The position numbers and the translations under genes were made by a program. The notes under the pieces are model-generated. The model saw only the letters and a program-made list of their open reading frames with translations. It ran no database searches and had not been told where the DNA came from. From Bacteroidales bacterium (GTDB lineage Bacteria > Bacteroidota > Bacteroidia > Bacteroidales > UBA10428), in assembly GCA_016934395.1 (NCBI GenBank), contig JAFGSZ010000087.1, positions 6,700-70,699 on the forward strand: a stretch of 64,000 bases of DNA, given 5' to 3'. Shown one piece after another: positions 36,746 to 46,473 of the stretch (position 1 is the first letter of the stretch; every line of letters begins with the position of its first letter).

Positions 36746-37513
36746 ATGAAAAAATATACACGAAGGCATTTTTTGGCTAATACCGTACCTGTTACCCTTG
36801 GGACTACCGTTGGATTAAGCAAGGTAAACGCCCTGGGGAATCAAACCTCAACCCCGATTGAAAAGAAAATAAAAATAGTAGCTGTCGGGGCTCATCCTGA
36901 TGATCCGGAAACTATATGTGGCGGAATAATGGCTCTGTATGCGAATTCAGGCCATGAGGTAGTTTCAGCATATTTAACACGGGGAGAAGCAGGTATTGAT
37001 GGGATTTCATTTGAAGAATCTGCAAGGATCCGCACTGCCGAAGCGCTGACTGCCTGCGAAATTTTAAAAGTTCGTCCTGAGTTCCTTGGACAAATCGACG
37101 GGAACTGCGAAATTACCAAAGAGAGATACGCTCCGCTATTGGATTTATTCAAAAAAGAAGAACCAGACATCATTCTCACCCACTGGCCAATTGATTCTCA
37201 CCGCGATCACCGTATCTGCTCAATGTTGGTTTACGATGCCTGGTTAAATCTGGGACGTAAATCCGCACTTTACTACTGCGAAGCTATGAGCGGTGTTCAA
37301 TCGCAAAATTTTGCACCTACGGATTATATCAATATAACCAGTGTAATACAGCAAAAGCACAAAGCGTGTTTTGCACATGTAAGTCAGAAAATAGAAGAAA
37401 CGTACAAAGACCATCATGGTAAAATGGAAATATTTCGTGGAATGGAATTTGGCTGCGATTATGCAGAGGCATTTGTAAGACATGTTAAAAGTCCCGGAAT
37501 TTACCTGATGTAG
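36746..37513 (+). CDS. PIG-L/LmbE-family deacetylase with Tat-type signal
   Basis: 255 aa. Twin-arginine motif TRRHFLANT. Family motifs are VGAHPDDPE and HRDH. Confidence 0.75.
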   Translation: MKKYTRRHFLANTVPVTLGTTVGLSKVNALGNQTSTPIEKKIKIVAVGAHPDDPETICGGIMALYANSGHEVVSAYLTRGEAGIDGISFEESARIRTAEALTACEILKVRPEFLGQIDGNCEITKERYAPLLDLFKKEEPDIILTHWPIDSHRDHRICSMLVYDAWLNLGRKSALYYCEAMSGVQSQNFAPTDYINITSVIQQKHKACFAHVSQKIEETYKDHHGKMEIFRGMEFGCDYAEAFVRHVKSPGIYLM

Positions 37514-37808
37514 TGCAATTTCTAACTTAAAGAAAGGCAGTTACTAGGTATAAGAGAAATTAAATAAATTTGGGGTAATGTTGATGGCCTGCACAAAAAA
37601 AATGTTTTAAGATTTTCCGAGGTATAAAATAACATCCGGGATATTGCTTTCCCTTCAGTTGTGTTTACTTTTTATGCAGCAATACCCATAATTGTCCGTC
37701 TATACATAGTAATGGATAATATATTATTAATACGCTAAAAAATCACACTTAAAAGGGTTAACCTTTTTCAGGGTTTTACAATAAAATTTAACTTAAATTT
37801 TTTGAACT

Positions 37809-38747
37809 ATGAAGAACGGATTAAATATTCTTGTTTGTACAATAATTATACTTACACAGACAGGATGTAATAAAGATAGGGCAGAAAATGTAAATGATTA
37901 TATCATAGAAAAGGAGAACGGGCAAATAATTTTAGCCTACAAAGCCTTTGAGGATTTTCTTGATTCTGACCGGAGTTGGGAAAGTTATAAATCCATTCTG
38001 CTCAATGCCTATCCGCAGGTACAGATTGTTCATAACCGTCAATTGGGATGGGGGGCCATTGATTCGGTCACATTCCGGGAAGATATTAAACATTACCAAA
38101 AAGAAGATTACGAACATTTTTTTACACAATACAGCAATCAGACACTAAATTATTTGTACGATTCTATCATTGAAATATCTCATACCATCCTGCCTCCTGT
38201 TAGTAAAAAACAAGTTGATTTATGCTTCTTTCTACCTTATGGCAGTTGTTTTGTGATCCCCGAAAAAGATAAAAACACCATTTATATTTCTATGCGTATA
38301 AATCCCAAAGAAGTAGAAAAAATAATGGCTCATGAATACAGTCACGTGTTACATTTCGACAGAAGACCGGATGAACCCTTAACCTTAAAAAGAGAACTGG
38401 TATCTGAAGGAATGGCTGTTTATTTAACAAACCAGATTATAAAAGATATCGAAGTGTCAAATTCAATACCGTTTATGCCTGAAGAATCATTTGAGTGGTG
38501 TAAAAAAAATGAACAGTTAATTAAAGATTCCATAAAGCTCGACTTAAATGACACCACCATGCAGCTGTTTACAAGGTATATATCAGACGGGAATTTTGCC
38601 AAACCACCGCAGGGATTTGTCCAGAAGACAGCCTATTTTGCAGGGTACCGGATTATTGAAGCATGCGTGAAACAGGGAATAACTATTGAAGAAATTTGTT
38701 CGCTAAATTCAGAAACAGTTATTGATAAAAGCAATTATTTTAAATAG
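37809..38747 (+). CDS. putative zinc-dependent peptidase lipoprotein (DUF2268-like)
   Basis: 312 aa. Lipobox (ILTQTGC) and an HExxH motif (MAHEYSHVLH). The family assignment is from memory only. Confidence 0.5.
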   Translation: MKNGLNILVCTIIILTQTGCNKDRAENVNDYIIEKENGQIILAYKAFEDFLDSDRSWESYKSILLNAYPQVQIVHNRQLGWGAIDSVTFREDIKHYQKEDYEHFFTQYSNQTLNYLYDSIIEISHTILPPVSKKQVDLCFFLPYGSCFVIPEKDKNTIYISMRINPKEVEKIMAHEYSHVLHFDRRPDEPLTLKRELVSEGMAVYLTNQIIKDIEVSNSIPFMPEESFEWCKKNEQLIKDSIKLDLNDTTMQLFTRYISDGNFAKPPQGFVQKTAYFAGYRIIEACVKQGITIEEICSLNSETVIDKSNYFK

Positions 38748-39095
38748 AGTAATACAAGCCACAAGAACAATATGGCGAATTACGAAAACATGAGGGGGTT
38801 TGAACTGCAAAATCCGCTCCATGCTTTTTCTTCGGTGTATAAGAACACACTCCAAAATACACATATATACATATAGCAGACCACCTGACGGTAATAAAAG
38901 TATAATAGTTTTCGACTTAAATATTCGTTGTAACAGTTCTAATTTTTAAATTTGTTATTGAGAAAAGAAATTTACTCCGAATAAAAAAACTTATGATTTG
39001 AAAATCGAAATTTATTTCAAACAAAAACAAGTTTATGCAGATTAGATTTTCTTATTAGGACCATTGAGAAAATGGAAAAATAATAAATTAAAATA

Positions 39096-40349
39096 ATGGT
39101 ATACAACCGAAGGAATTTTTTAAAAACAGCCTCTGCAGCAAGTTTAGTGTTGCCGCTTACTTCCTGTACAAATGTGCCAAAGGATAGTGAGCAAATAAAT
39201 GAACAAAAACTTATTGATATATGTAATACGCCTGTATTAAGACTCGATTCGCTTACACAACCCGTTATAATCGAGTCCATGGAATTGTTAAAACTGGGCG
39301 ATACCTATTTTGTTAAAACAAGATCAAAAGATGGGATCGAAGGTATTTCTGTAACCAATAAAAAGATAGATGTTCTTTATCCGATTCTTCTTAAACTCAT
39401 CATTCCATTTTTTATAGGAAAAGATGCCCGGCAAATTGAAACCTTACTGGAAGAATTATATGTTTATAAAAGCAATTACAAAATGCAGGGGTTGGCGCTA
39501 TGGTGTTGTGTAGCATGGGCAGAAGGCAGTATAATCGATTTGTTGGGTAAAACCTCAGGCCAACATATAAGTGCCCTGTTTGGAGAGAAAATCAGAGATA
39601 AAATACCCATATATGTTGCAAGTGGTAACAGGGATACGACTCCTGAAGAAGAAATTAAAATTCTTCAACAAAAAATTGCTGAAACAGGAACCAAAGCAAT
39701 AAAGTTTAAGGTGGGTGGTCGTATGAGCCGAAATATGGATTCTCTTCCCGGACGATCTGAAAGTCTGATTGAACTCTCAAGAAAAATTCTGGGTAACGAA
39801 ATAACAATTCAGGCTGATGCCAATGGTTCATATGGTGTGCAAAAAGCCATTGAAACCGGCAGAAGACTTGAGGCTATTGATGCTTATTTATTTGAAGAAC
39901 CCTGTCGTTTTGATAATATCGAAGAAACAAAACAGGTGGCCGATGCACTTACCATACCCGTTTCAGGGGGTGAACAGGAATCAAGTGAATATCGTTTTCG
40001 CAAACTGATCGCAGACAATGTATTGCAGATTGTGCAACCTGATTTACATTATTATGGAGGATTTATTCGTACTACACGCGTTGCCCGGATGGCAGAGCAG
40101 GCAGGTAAGCCTGTAACGGTTCATATTTCAAATGATAACGCAGGTTATGCCGAGATGGTGAATTTCAGCAGTTTTACGCCAAATATAGGTCGGTTTCAGG
40201 AACTAAAAACCGGAATGGAGGCCACGGCAGATTTATTCGAACCTCGGATTCAGGTTAAAGATGGTTTGCTAAATGTACCAACAGCACCCGGTTTAGGTAT
40301 GGTTCATGCTGAATACGCCCTGAAAAATGCAGAACGGATATCTCTTTGA
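39096..40349 (+). CDS. enolase-superfamily (mandelate racemase/muconate lactonizing enzyme-like) protein with Tat signal and lipobox
   Basis: 417 aa. Signal NRRNFLKTASAASLVLPLTSC. Barrel motifs are AIKFKVGG, IQADANGSY, LFEEPC and SGGEQE. Confidence 0.8.
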   Translation: MVYNRRNFLKTASAASLVLPLTSCTNVPKDSEQINEQKLIDICNTPVLRLDSLTQPVIIESMELLKLGDTYFVKTRSKDGIEGISVTNKKIDVLYPILLKLIIPFFIGKDARQIETLLEELYVYKSNYKMQGLALWCCVAWAEGSIIDLLGKTSGQHISALFGEKIRDKIPIYVASGNRDTTPEEEIKILQQKIAETGTKAIKFKVGGRMSRNMDSLPGRSESLIELSRKILGNEITIQADANGSYGVQKAIETGRRLEAIDAYLFEEPCRFDNIEETKQVADALTIPVSGGEQESSEYRFRKLIADNVLQIVQPDLHYYGGFIRTTRVARMAEQAGKPVTVHISNDNAGYAEMVNFSSFTPNIGRFQELKTGMEATADLFEPRIQVKDGLLNVPTAPGLGMVHAEYALKNAERISL

Positions 40350-40548
40350 TAAAATGATAATCTGATAATACACCCATATATTTTAAATAATAACGGCTTT
40401 TGGTTTTGAGTTAACTGAAAACAAATGACCACCCTACCCTAACGATCTGCCGGGATTGGCAAACATACTATTCATTTAATTAGACTGAATTTAATAAGAA
40501 TTTTATGGCATAATTATTTCTCATCGGAATAAATTGTATTTTTAAAAA

Positions 40549-41382
40549 ATGAAAAAGACAATACAAAAAATAAGTATTGCATCTGTATTTGTGATACTTA
40601 TTGCTGCATTAACCACGCTTAAAATATCATGGGCAAATAATCCCGACATTTTTAGTAACCGGGAACATAAGGCCTTGTTCCAATCCGATACCTGTGCGGA
40701 AAACTGGGAAACCCTGTTTAACGGAGAAAATTTAGACGGCTGGGAAGTGAAATGTACAAAAGCAGATAAAGACAAAACATATTGGACCATAGACAACGGG
40801 ACCATTCTGTGCAACTCAATGAATTCAGCTAACCAGCAGTATGTTTGGCTGTTAAGCAACAAGGAGTATGATAATTTTGAACTGAAACTAAAATTTCAGG
40901 TATCCCGGATTCATTTAGGCAATAGCGGGGTACAATTCAGAAGCCGCTACGACGACACTTCTGTTGTTGAAGATGGTCTGGCCGGATGGCTGGACGGCCC
41001 CCAGGTAGATATCGAACCCAATAATCCCTGGCGCACGGGATTTATTTACGACGAAACCCGGGATACAAAACGCTGGATAAATCCAGACCTCCCCGACTGG
41101 AATATTTCAAAAGAGGAATATGCCCCGGATACTGTAATCTACTATGCCGAAGATGAAGGGACCGGGTGGAATGATTTAACGATTATAGCGGATGGTAACC
41201 ATATTGTTACCAGGGTAAATAATGTGGTTGTTTCCAATTTCGACGGCACCGGGGTTCTGGATGACGAGGCCCATAAAAAGTATAATGTAGGAACAACAGG
41301 CCACATAGCTTTACAATTGCATAAAAATTCGGAGAATTTTATCCGGTTTAAGGATATTAAAATCAGGAGGCTGGAATATTGA
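40549..41382 (+). CDS. DUF1080 (3-keto-disaccharide hydrolase-like, LamG fold) protein
   Basis: 277 aa with an N-terminal signal or anchor. Motifs: FNGENLDGWEV, WTIDNGTILC, GNSGVQFRSRYD, GHIALQLH...IRFKDIKIRRL. Confidence 0.75.
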   Translation: MKKTIQKISIASVFVILIAALTTLKISWANNPDIFSNREHKALFQSDTCAENWETLFNGENLDGWEVKCTKADKDKTYWTIDNGTILCNSMNSANQQYVWLLSNKEYDNFELKLKFQVSRIHLGNSGVQFRSRYDDTSVVEDGLAGWLDGPQVDIEPNNPWRTGFIYDETRDTKRWINPDLPDWNISKEEYAPDTVIYYAEDEGTGWNDLTIIADGNHIVTRVNNVVVSNFDGTGVLDDEAHKKYNVGTTGHIALQLHKNSENFIRFKDIKIRRLEY

Positions 41383-41480
41383 ATCGTTCCAATCCTTTAA
41401 TGATTAGTCATACAATGTATATTCAATTTAACAGAAGGATTGCCCTGAAAACACAGAGACAAACCTTCTGATTAAATTAT

Positions 41481-42254
41481 TTAAATCTTCTTTCCGATAT
41501 AGAATACATAGCCGTAATACTCTTTATACTTGTAATACAATTGAGTCTCATGCCGTTGGTTTGCTATGAATTCTTCGGCAGCTTTATTGCCTGCATGTTC
41601 CTTCAGGAAGACTTCCTGAGCGGAAACTTGCGGAGCATAGAAATGTTCGGTCCAGCAGATTTCCGGCAGTATAAAAGTGGCAACAGGAATATATCCCGCA
41701 TTTTGCATGTGAACGATCTTATTTGGAATGGTGTCTATTTCAGGATATGCATCCATCCAATACTCATCGATTTCAGAAGGCCGTTCTTTGGTAAACCATG
41801 ATACTTCTGAAACAGCAACATAGCCTCCTGTTTTCAGAAATTTCCGCCATTCGTTTAAACCTCGTTCAAAACCGATATTATAGATTGCTCCTTCCGACCA
41901 GATCAAGTCCAATTCTTCGTTCTGAAAAGGAAGGTTATCCATTGAACCGACGATACCTTTTATTCTGTCCTGAAGATTCAGTTTACGGGCATTGGTGTTG
42001 AACAGATTGACAAAGGAGGGAAACAGGTCGATGCCTGTAATACGTCCCGGTGCATGTTGTGCCAGCACCATTGTCTGATCGCCTGTTCCGCAACCAATAT
42101 CTGCAATACGGGATTTGTTGGTAAGATTATCGATAAAGCTCAATGCCTTAATGGTTACTTCGGGACTGCCGGGTCCCTGTCGTTTTAAACTTGAAAAATA
42201 TTCACAAATTAAATTGAAGTCGAACTCGTGAATTGATTTAATTTCATTACTCAT
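41481..42254 (-). CDS. class I SAM-dependent methyltransferase
   Basis: 257 aa. Motif I is [12 protein letters not shown], in a Rossmann-like layout. Confidence 0.8.
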   Translation of the reverse strand: MSNEIKSIHEFDFNLICEYFSSLKRQGPGSPEVTIKALSFIDNLTNKSRIADIGCGTGDQTMVLAQHAPGRITGIDLFPSFVNLFNTNARKLNLQDRIKGIVGSMDNLPFQNEELDLIWSEGAIYNIGFERGLNEWRKFLKTGGYVAVSEVSWFTKERPSEIDEYWMDAYPEIDTIPNKIVHMQNAGYIPVATFILPEICWTEHFYAPQVSAQEVFLKEHAGNKAAEEFIANQRHETQLYYKYKEYYGYVFYIGKKI

Positions 42255-42607
42255 GATGTTTAAATTTTATATAATTGAGGACATGGCTTAAGAATTCAAT
42301 ATAGCCTTTGCCAGGTCTCAAACTGTGATTACTATAAATACAAGAAAATAACTCCGGTAAGAATATACCTGAGTTTAATAATGGATAACCCCGGGCTGAA
42401 TACCAAAGGTTATTTACTTTACCGAATCCTTCATATATTTAAACATCCAACTTTTTTAGATGGGATAAAGATAGTAATTTATTTAATTGCGTTGATTATC
42501 AACTTGAATTATTTAGTTCCAGCCTTATCAGATACCTTGGCGCGCTCCCAATAATTATCGGGATGTAATGCCTTACAAAACCTCCTTTTCCCTTGGCGTG
42601 TCCTATG

Positions 42608-42628
42608 GCGCGCATTTATAATGCGTGC
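42608..42628. repeat. REP-like hairpin (variant of the RAYT-flanking REP)
   Basis: GCGCGCAT-ttata-ATGCGTGC. It has the same 8-nt arms as the REP at 47638, and similar downstream sequence (CTATATTTAAATAAAAAAAT versus CTGAATTTATTAGAAAATT). Confidence 0.5.
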
Positions 42629-42934
42629 TATATTTAAATAAAAAAATATGTAAAATTCAATGAATTAAAGTAACTGATTTTTCGCGTTTAACCTAAACAA
42701 CAACAATACAATCTTAACCGGATACACTCCTGATTTTTTGCGTAGTATAAAAAATAACTTTAAATTTCGGTTTGCTCCCGATTAGGAAAAAGTTTGTTAC
42801 AGGGCAAAAAAGAAAGAAGATGAATCTGGAAAAGCAGGTAGATAATAAATAAAAACCATTGTGTTTATTAAATATAAACGACAATTGTGTTTATACTCAT
42901 GTTTAGCAAATATTATTCAGTGAAACTACAAAAT

Positions 42935-43534
42935 ATGAGACAATTAACTTTATTATTAACAATGTTATTGACTTATGAAGCATTTAGCCAAATTCCGAAT
43001 GATAGCATTTATTCAAGTTGGTGGGAGAATAAAAACAGTTCTATTTTTAATTCAATTGATTCAGGACAATTCGATGGAAATACATATGGATACCTAAAGC
43101 TCAATAATAGTGGGAAAATAATTGTTCTTGATTTTCAATCGACCAAAACAATTCTTGATATTGACATGGATCCTAATAAAGTTTATGATAATAGTATTAA
43201 AAGGTATTCAACTCAAACAACAAGTGGAAAAACTTTTTTGACTTACGAAACATATGCACTTGCTAATATTTTAACGATAATGCTTAATGGAGAGCATTAT
43301 AGAATTGGAACAATAGATGGAGCAAGTGATATGCCAATCATCGGAATGACTTTTAACTATTGTAATGAAAAAACTACCGAGTATTTAACCCTATTTGTAA
43401 ATAATCCATTAGAATTGACAACAACAAGGCAAATCATGAAAGATGGAGATATTAATTATCTCGAAGCAAAAAAGATAGCAAAGAAAATAACTTTGTTTCC
43501 GGGTTCAACTTTAATAGTGACAATTAGTAAATAA
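42935..43534 (+). CDS. secreted hypothetical protein
   Basis: The likely start is ATG 42935 (MRQLTLLLTMLLTYEAFSQ signal); the track ORF starts at GTG 42887. I recognise no motif. Confidence 0.5.
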   Translation: MRQLTLLLTMLLTYEAFSQIPNDSIYSSWWENKNSSIFNSIDSGQFDGNTYGYLKLNNSGKIIVLDFQSTKTILDIDMDPNKVYDNSIKRYSTQTTSGKTFLTYETYALANILTIMLNGEHYRIGTIDGASDMPIIGMTFNYCNEKTTEYLTLFVNNPLELTTTRQIMKDGDINYLEAKKIAKKITLFPGSTLIVTISK

Positions 43535-43609
43535 AACGTTAACTTACAGATTATTAAGCGCATTAAAACCCACATTCCACCAACCGCCTGGGAATTATAT
43601 AAAAAAACA

Positions 43610-44434
43610 ATGAACATTATAAATACCATAAAAAAACGAAAATCATGCAGGACATTTAATCCGGTTTTGCTGTCGGTTGAGGATAAAAAAATACTTGAAG
43701 ACTATATCAGTGAAAACAGAAAATTTTTAACAGATGAGGTTATAACCCTGAGCATTTTTGAGAAAACAACTGATTCTAAAAAAATGAAACTTGACTATGG
43801 AATGATCCGGGGACACAACAGCTACTTACTGGGAACGTCAAAGTCTTCAGCAGATTCAAGAGTACATTACGGATATCTTTTAGAAAAGATTGTATTAAAA
43901 GCCACTGAAATTGGAATTTCAACCTGCTGGGTTGGCTACTTTGATCAGCATTATTTTAATGAGGTTGTTGTTGAAAACGGTTTTGAAATACCAGGTATTG
44001 TAATACTGGGATATCCAAAAGATAAACAGACCCGTGTAGATAAACTGTTAAGGTTTTCTGCTAATGCTTCAAAAAGAAAGGATTGGACAACATTGTTTTT
44101 TAATTACCATACCAAATTACCGCTTTTGCCGGACTCAATACATAAATATGCCGATTCTCTGGAGATGGTGAGATTAGCCCCATCATCGGGGAATACGCAA
44201 CCCTGGAGAATATTCTTTGATGATAAAACCCATGCGTTTCATTTTTTTAAAAAGTCAATAAGTAACCGGTATGAAAAGAAAGGATTACATGATATTGATA
44301 TGGGGATTGCTTTAGCTCATTTTGAGTTGACATCGTTGTACAATAAGCTGTCAGGCAGCTGGATTAAGTATACAGATGACAATGTTAAACCGATTGAAAA
44401 TTTACAATATATAAAAACCTGGCAAAACAAATAG
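43610..44434 (+). CDS. nitroreductase-family protein
   Basis: 274 aa. The N-terminal KKRKSCRTF and the later APSSGNTQPW are typical of the nitroreductase fold. Confidence 0.65.
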   Translation: MNIINTIKKRKSCRTFNPVLLSVEDKKILEDYISENRKFLTDEVITLSIFEKTTDSKKMKLDYGMIRGHNSYLLGTSKSSADSRVHYGYLLEKIVLKATEIGISTCWVGYFDQHYFNEVVVENGFEIPGIVILGYPKDKQTRVDKLLRFSANASKRKDWTTLFFNYHTKLPLLPDSIHKYADSLEMVRLAPSSGNTQPWRIFFDDKTHAFHFFKKSISNRYEKKGLHDIDMGIALAHFELTSLYNKLSGSWIKYTDDNVKPIENLQYIKTWQNK

Positions 44435-44574
44435 TATGTATTTACGATGAGAAACCGTAGACTGCTCATATGGGCAACACGTTTGGGAATAATACTATTT
44501 ATGTCTTAAACCTCTATTGTTTTATGATAAAATAGTATTAAAATTGCACAACAAAAAATTTGATTTTATACTCC

Positions 44575-44895
44575 ATGCCAAAAATTATCATCATTTTAAT
44601 TTCAATAGTTTTATTGGTTCTGATATTTTATCTGGCTGATTTAAAGTTTGAATTCAAATTCGATAATAAAACAAAACAGAGTGAACCCGAGGCAGATAAC
44701 ACCCATCTTGATACGTTAAGTAATGCTGAACTAAATATTTTAAAACTGGTTTCAGAGGGTAAATCCAATCAGCAAATTGCCAACGAACTGTTTATATCGG
44801 TTCATACGGTTAAAAAACATGTTTCCAATATCTTCAAAAAACTAAATTTAAATTCAAGGTCTGAAGCAAGAAAATATAAAAACTCTCTCACCTGA
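44575..44895 (+). CDS. membrane-anchored LuxR/GerE-family HTH protein (no sensor or receiver domain)
   Basis: The likely start is ATG 44575 (MPKIIIILISIVLLVLIFYLA is one TM segment). The C-terminus is LSNAELNILKLVSEGKSNQQIANELFISVHTVKKHVSNIFKKLNLNSRSEA. Confidence 0.75.
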   Translation: MPKIIIILISIVLLVLIFYLADLKFEFKFDNKTKQSEPEADNTHLDTLSNAELNILKLVSEGKSNQQIANELFISVHTVKKHVSNIFKKLNLNSRSEARKYKNSLT

Positions 44896-44998
44896 GTATC
44901 CGATAATACTACTTTTATAATCCTCTTTTACTCCTGTATTTTTTAGGTTAATTTTTTATATCAAAATATTTTTGCAGCAACACTTAAATATTTATGAT

Positions 44999-46246
44999 AT
45001 GAAAAAAATAAAATTAATCATTACGCTTATGTTCACATCTAGTATAATAAACCTATTCGGACAAAACGATCTTGAGAATGCCTTGAACTATTGGGCAAAC
45101 GGAGACATATCAAGAGCGCATGAAAGTATTTTACAGTTTGTTAAAAAATCACCAGATAACGAAAAGGCAAAACATCTTCTGATGAAAACATGGTTTGTAC
45201 AGGGCAACTATAAAGAAGCGCTTCAAACCTTCAACACCTTGGATAATGCTTATCAAAAATATAAGGAATGTGTTGATTTGGCCATACAGGCAAATATTCA
45301 TCTGAAAAATTTTAATAATGCCTTGGTTATTGCAGAGAAGAACAAATCGGAACAACTACTCTATTTGAAAAACTTCATGAACAAACGTTTTACAGTAATT
45401 GCCGATAAAACGTACAGGGTTCCATTTTTACATGACGATCAAATATCGTCAGATTATTGGCCGGGGGTTACAGGTGCCATAAATGGCGTAAAATCTTCAA
45501 TCCGGTTTGATACGGGAGGTGATTATATTATTGTGGGTTTGTCAGCCGCTCAAAAACTGGGGATAGACCTGACATACAAATCAAAAAGTTTACATGGCGC
45601 TGAAAAAGTTACCGTGTGGTTTTCCATTATTGACTCGATGAGTTTTGACAACGGCCCAAAATTTTTGAATGTACCTGTAACAGTTATGGCCGATTTAGGA
45701 GATTACATAATCTTTGGTACGAATATACTGGAGCCGTTTCTTTCAACTATCGACTACCCCAATAATCAGTTTATATTTTCCCCAAGAAATAATCCTCAGC
45801 TAATTGAAGCGCATAATAAATTAATATCAAATGATATGGTTAAAGTACCCTTCTATTTGTGGGATGATCATTTTATGTTTTCTAAAGGAAAATTTGGAAA
45901 TAACGACAGTATAACCCTGTTTTTCGATTCCGGTTTAATTTTTCTTGAAAATATTGATGGCCAACTGGTTCAGGCCTCTTTTACAGTATCTGAGGAAAGA
46001 CTTTTAGAATGGGGATTTGATAAAAAAATTCTAAAAGAAAGCGGCTTTATCCATACAGATTATTCACTTTCGATTGAACGTTTGAGCCAACCAAATACTC
46101 TAATCTGGTACGACAGTAAATTAAAAAAAGACAGGTATTTTGGCGGAGTTCGCATAGATGGATTAATTTCGCATGCCTGGTTAAAAAATTACGCATGGAC
46201 AATAGATTTTGATAAAATGGTATATACCTTTGGAATGAATCAGTAG
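44999..46246 (+). CDS. secreted TPR + retropepsin-like (two-lobed) putative aspartic protease
   Basis: The likely start is ATG 44999 (MKKIKLIITLMFTSSIINLFGQ). The N-terminal ~100 aa are helical and TPR-like. They are followed by SIRFDTGGDYIIVG and, ~135 aa later, LFFDSGLIFL. Confidence 0.5.
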   Translation: MKKIKLIITLMFTSSIINLFGQNDLENALNYWANGDISRAHESILQFVKKSPDNEKAKHLLMKTWFVQGNYKEALQTFNTLDNAYQKYKECVDLAIQANIHLKNFNNALVIAEKNKSEQLLYLKNFMNKRFTVIADKTYRVPFLHDDQISSDYWPGVTGAINGVKSSIRFDTGGDYIIVGLSAAQKLGIDLTYKSKSLHGAEKVTVWFSIIDSMSFDNGPKFLNVPVTVMADLGDYIIFGTNILEPFLSTIDYPNNQFIFSPRNNPQLIEAHNKLISNDMVKVPFYLWDDHFMFSKGKFGNNDSITLFFDSGLIFLENIDGQLVQASFTVSEERLLEWGFDKKILKESGFIHTDYSLSIERLSQPNTLIWYDSKLKKDRYFGGVRIDGLISHAWLKNYAWTIDFDKMVYTFGMNQ

Positions 46247-46421
46247 ATATCTGTTGCCTTCAACAAGATTACCCTTTATTCCTTGAATTTGGGTATTAAT
46301 TTGAACGAAAAAAGCACACTCAAACATACGAAAATGAAAACGTCCTGGTATCAACCTTTGGAATTTTCAACATGAATCCTGTTCAACTATCTTGTGGGTA
46401 CGGATTTTATTTCTAAAAAAT

Positions 46422-46459
46422 ATAACAGTACCCCAGAAAAAAATCTGGGGTACTGTTAT
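46422..46459. terminator. bidirectional intrinsic terminator
   Basis: A perfect 15-16 bp stem (ATAACAGTACCCCAG / CTGGGGTACTGTTAT) around an A7 loop, with A/T runs on both sides. It sits between convergent genes ending at 46246 (+) and 46474 (-). Confidence 0.8.
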
Positions 46460-46473
46460 TATAAAAAATTTTA

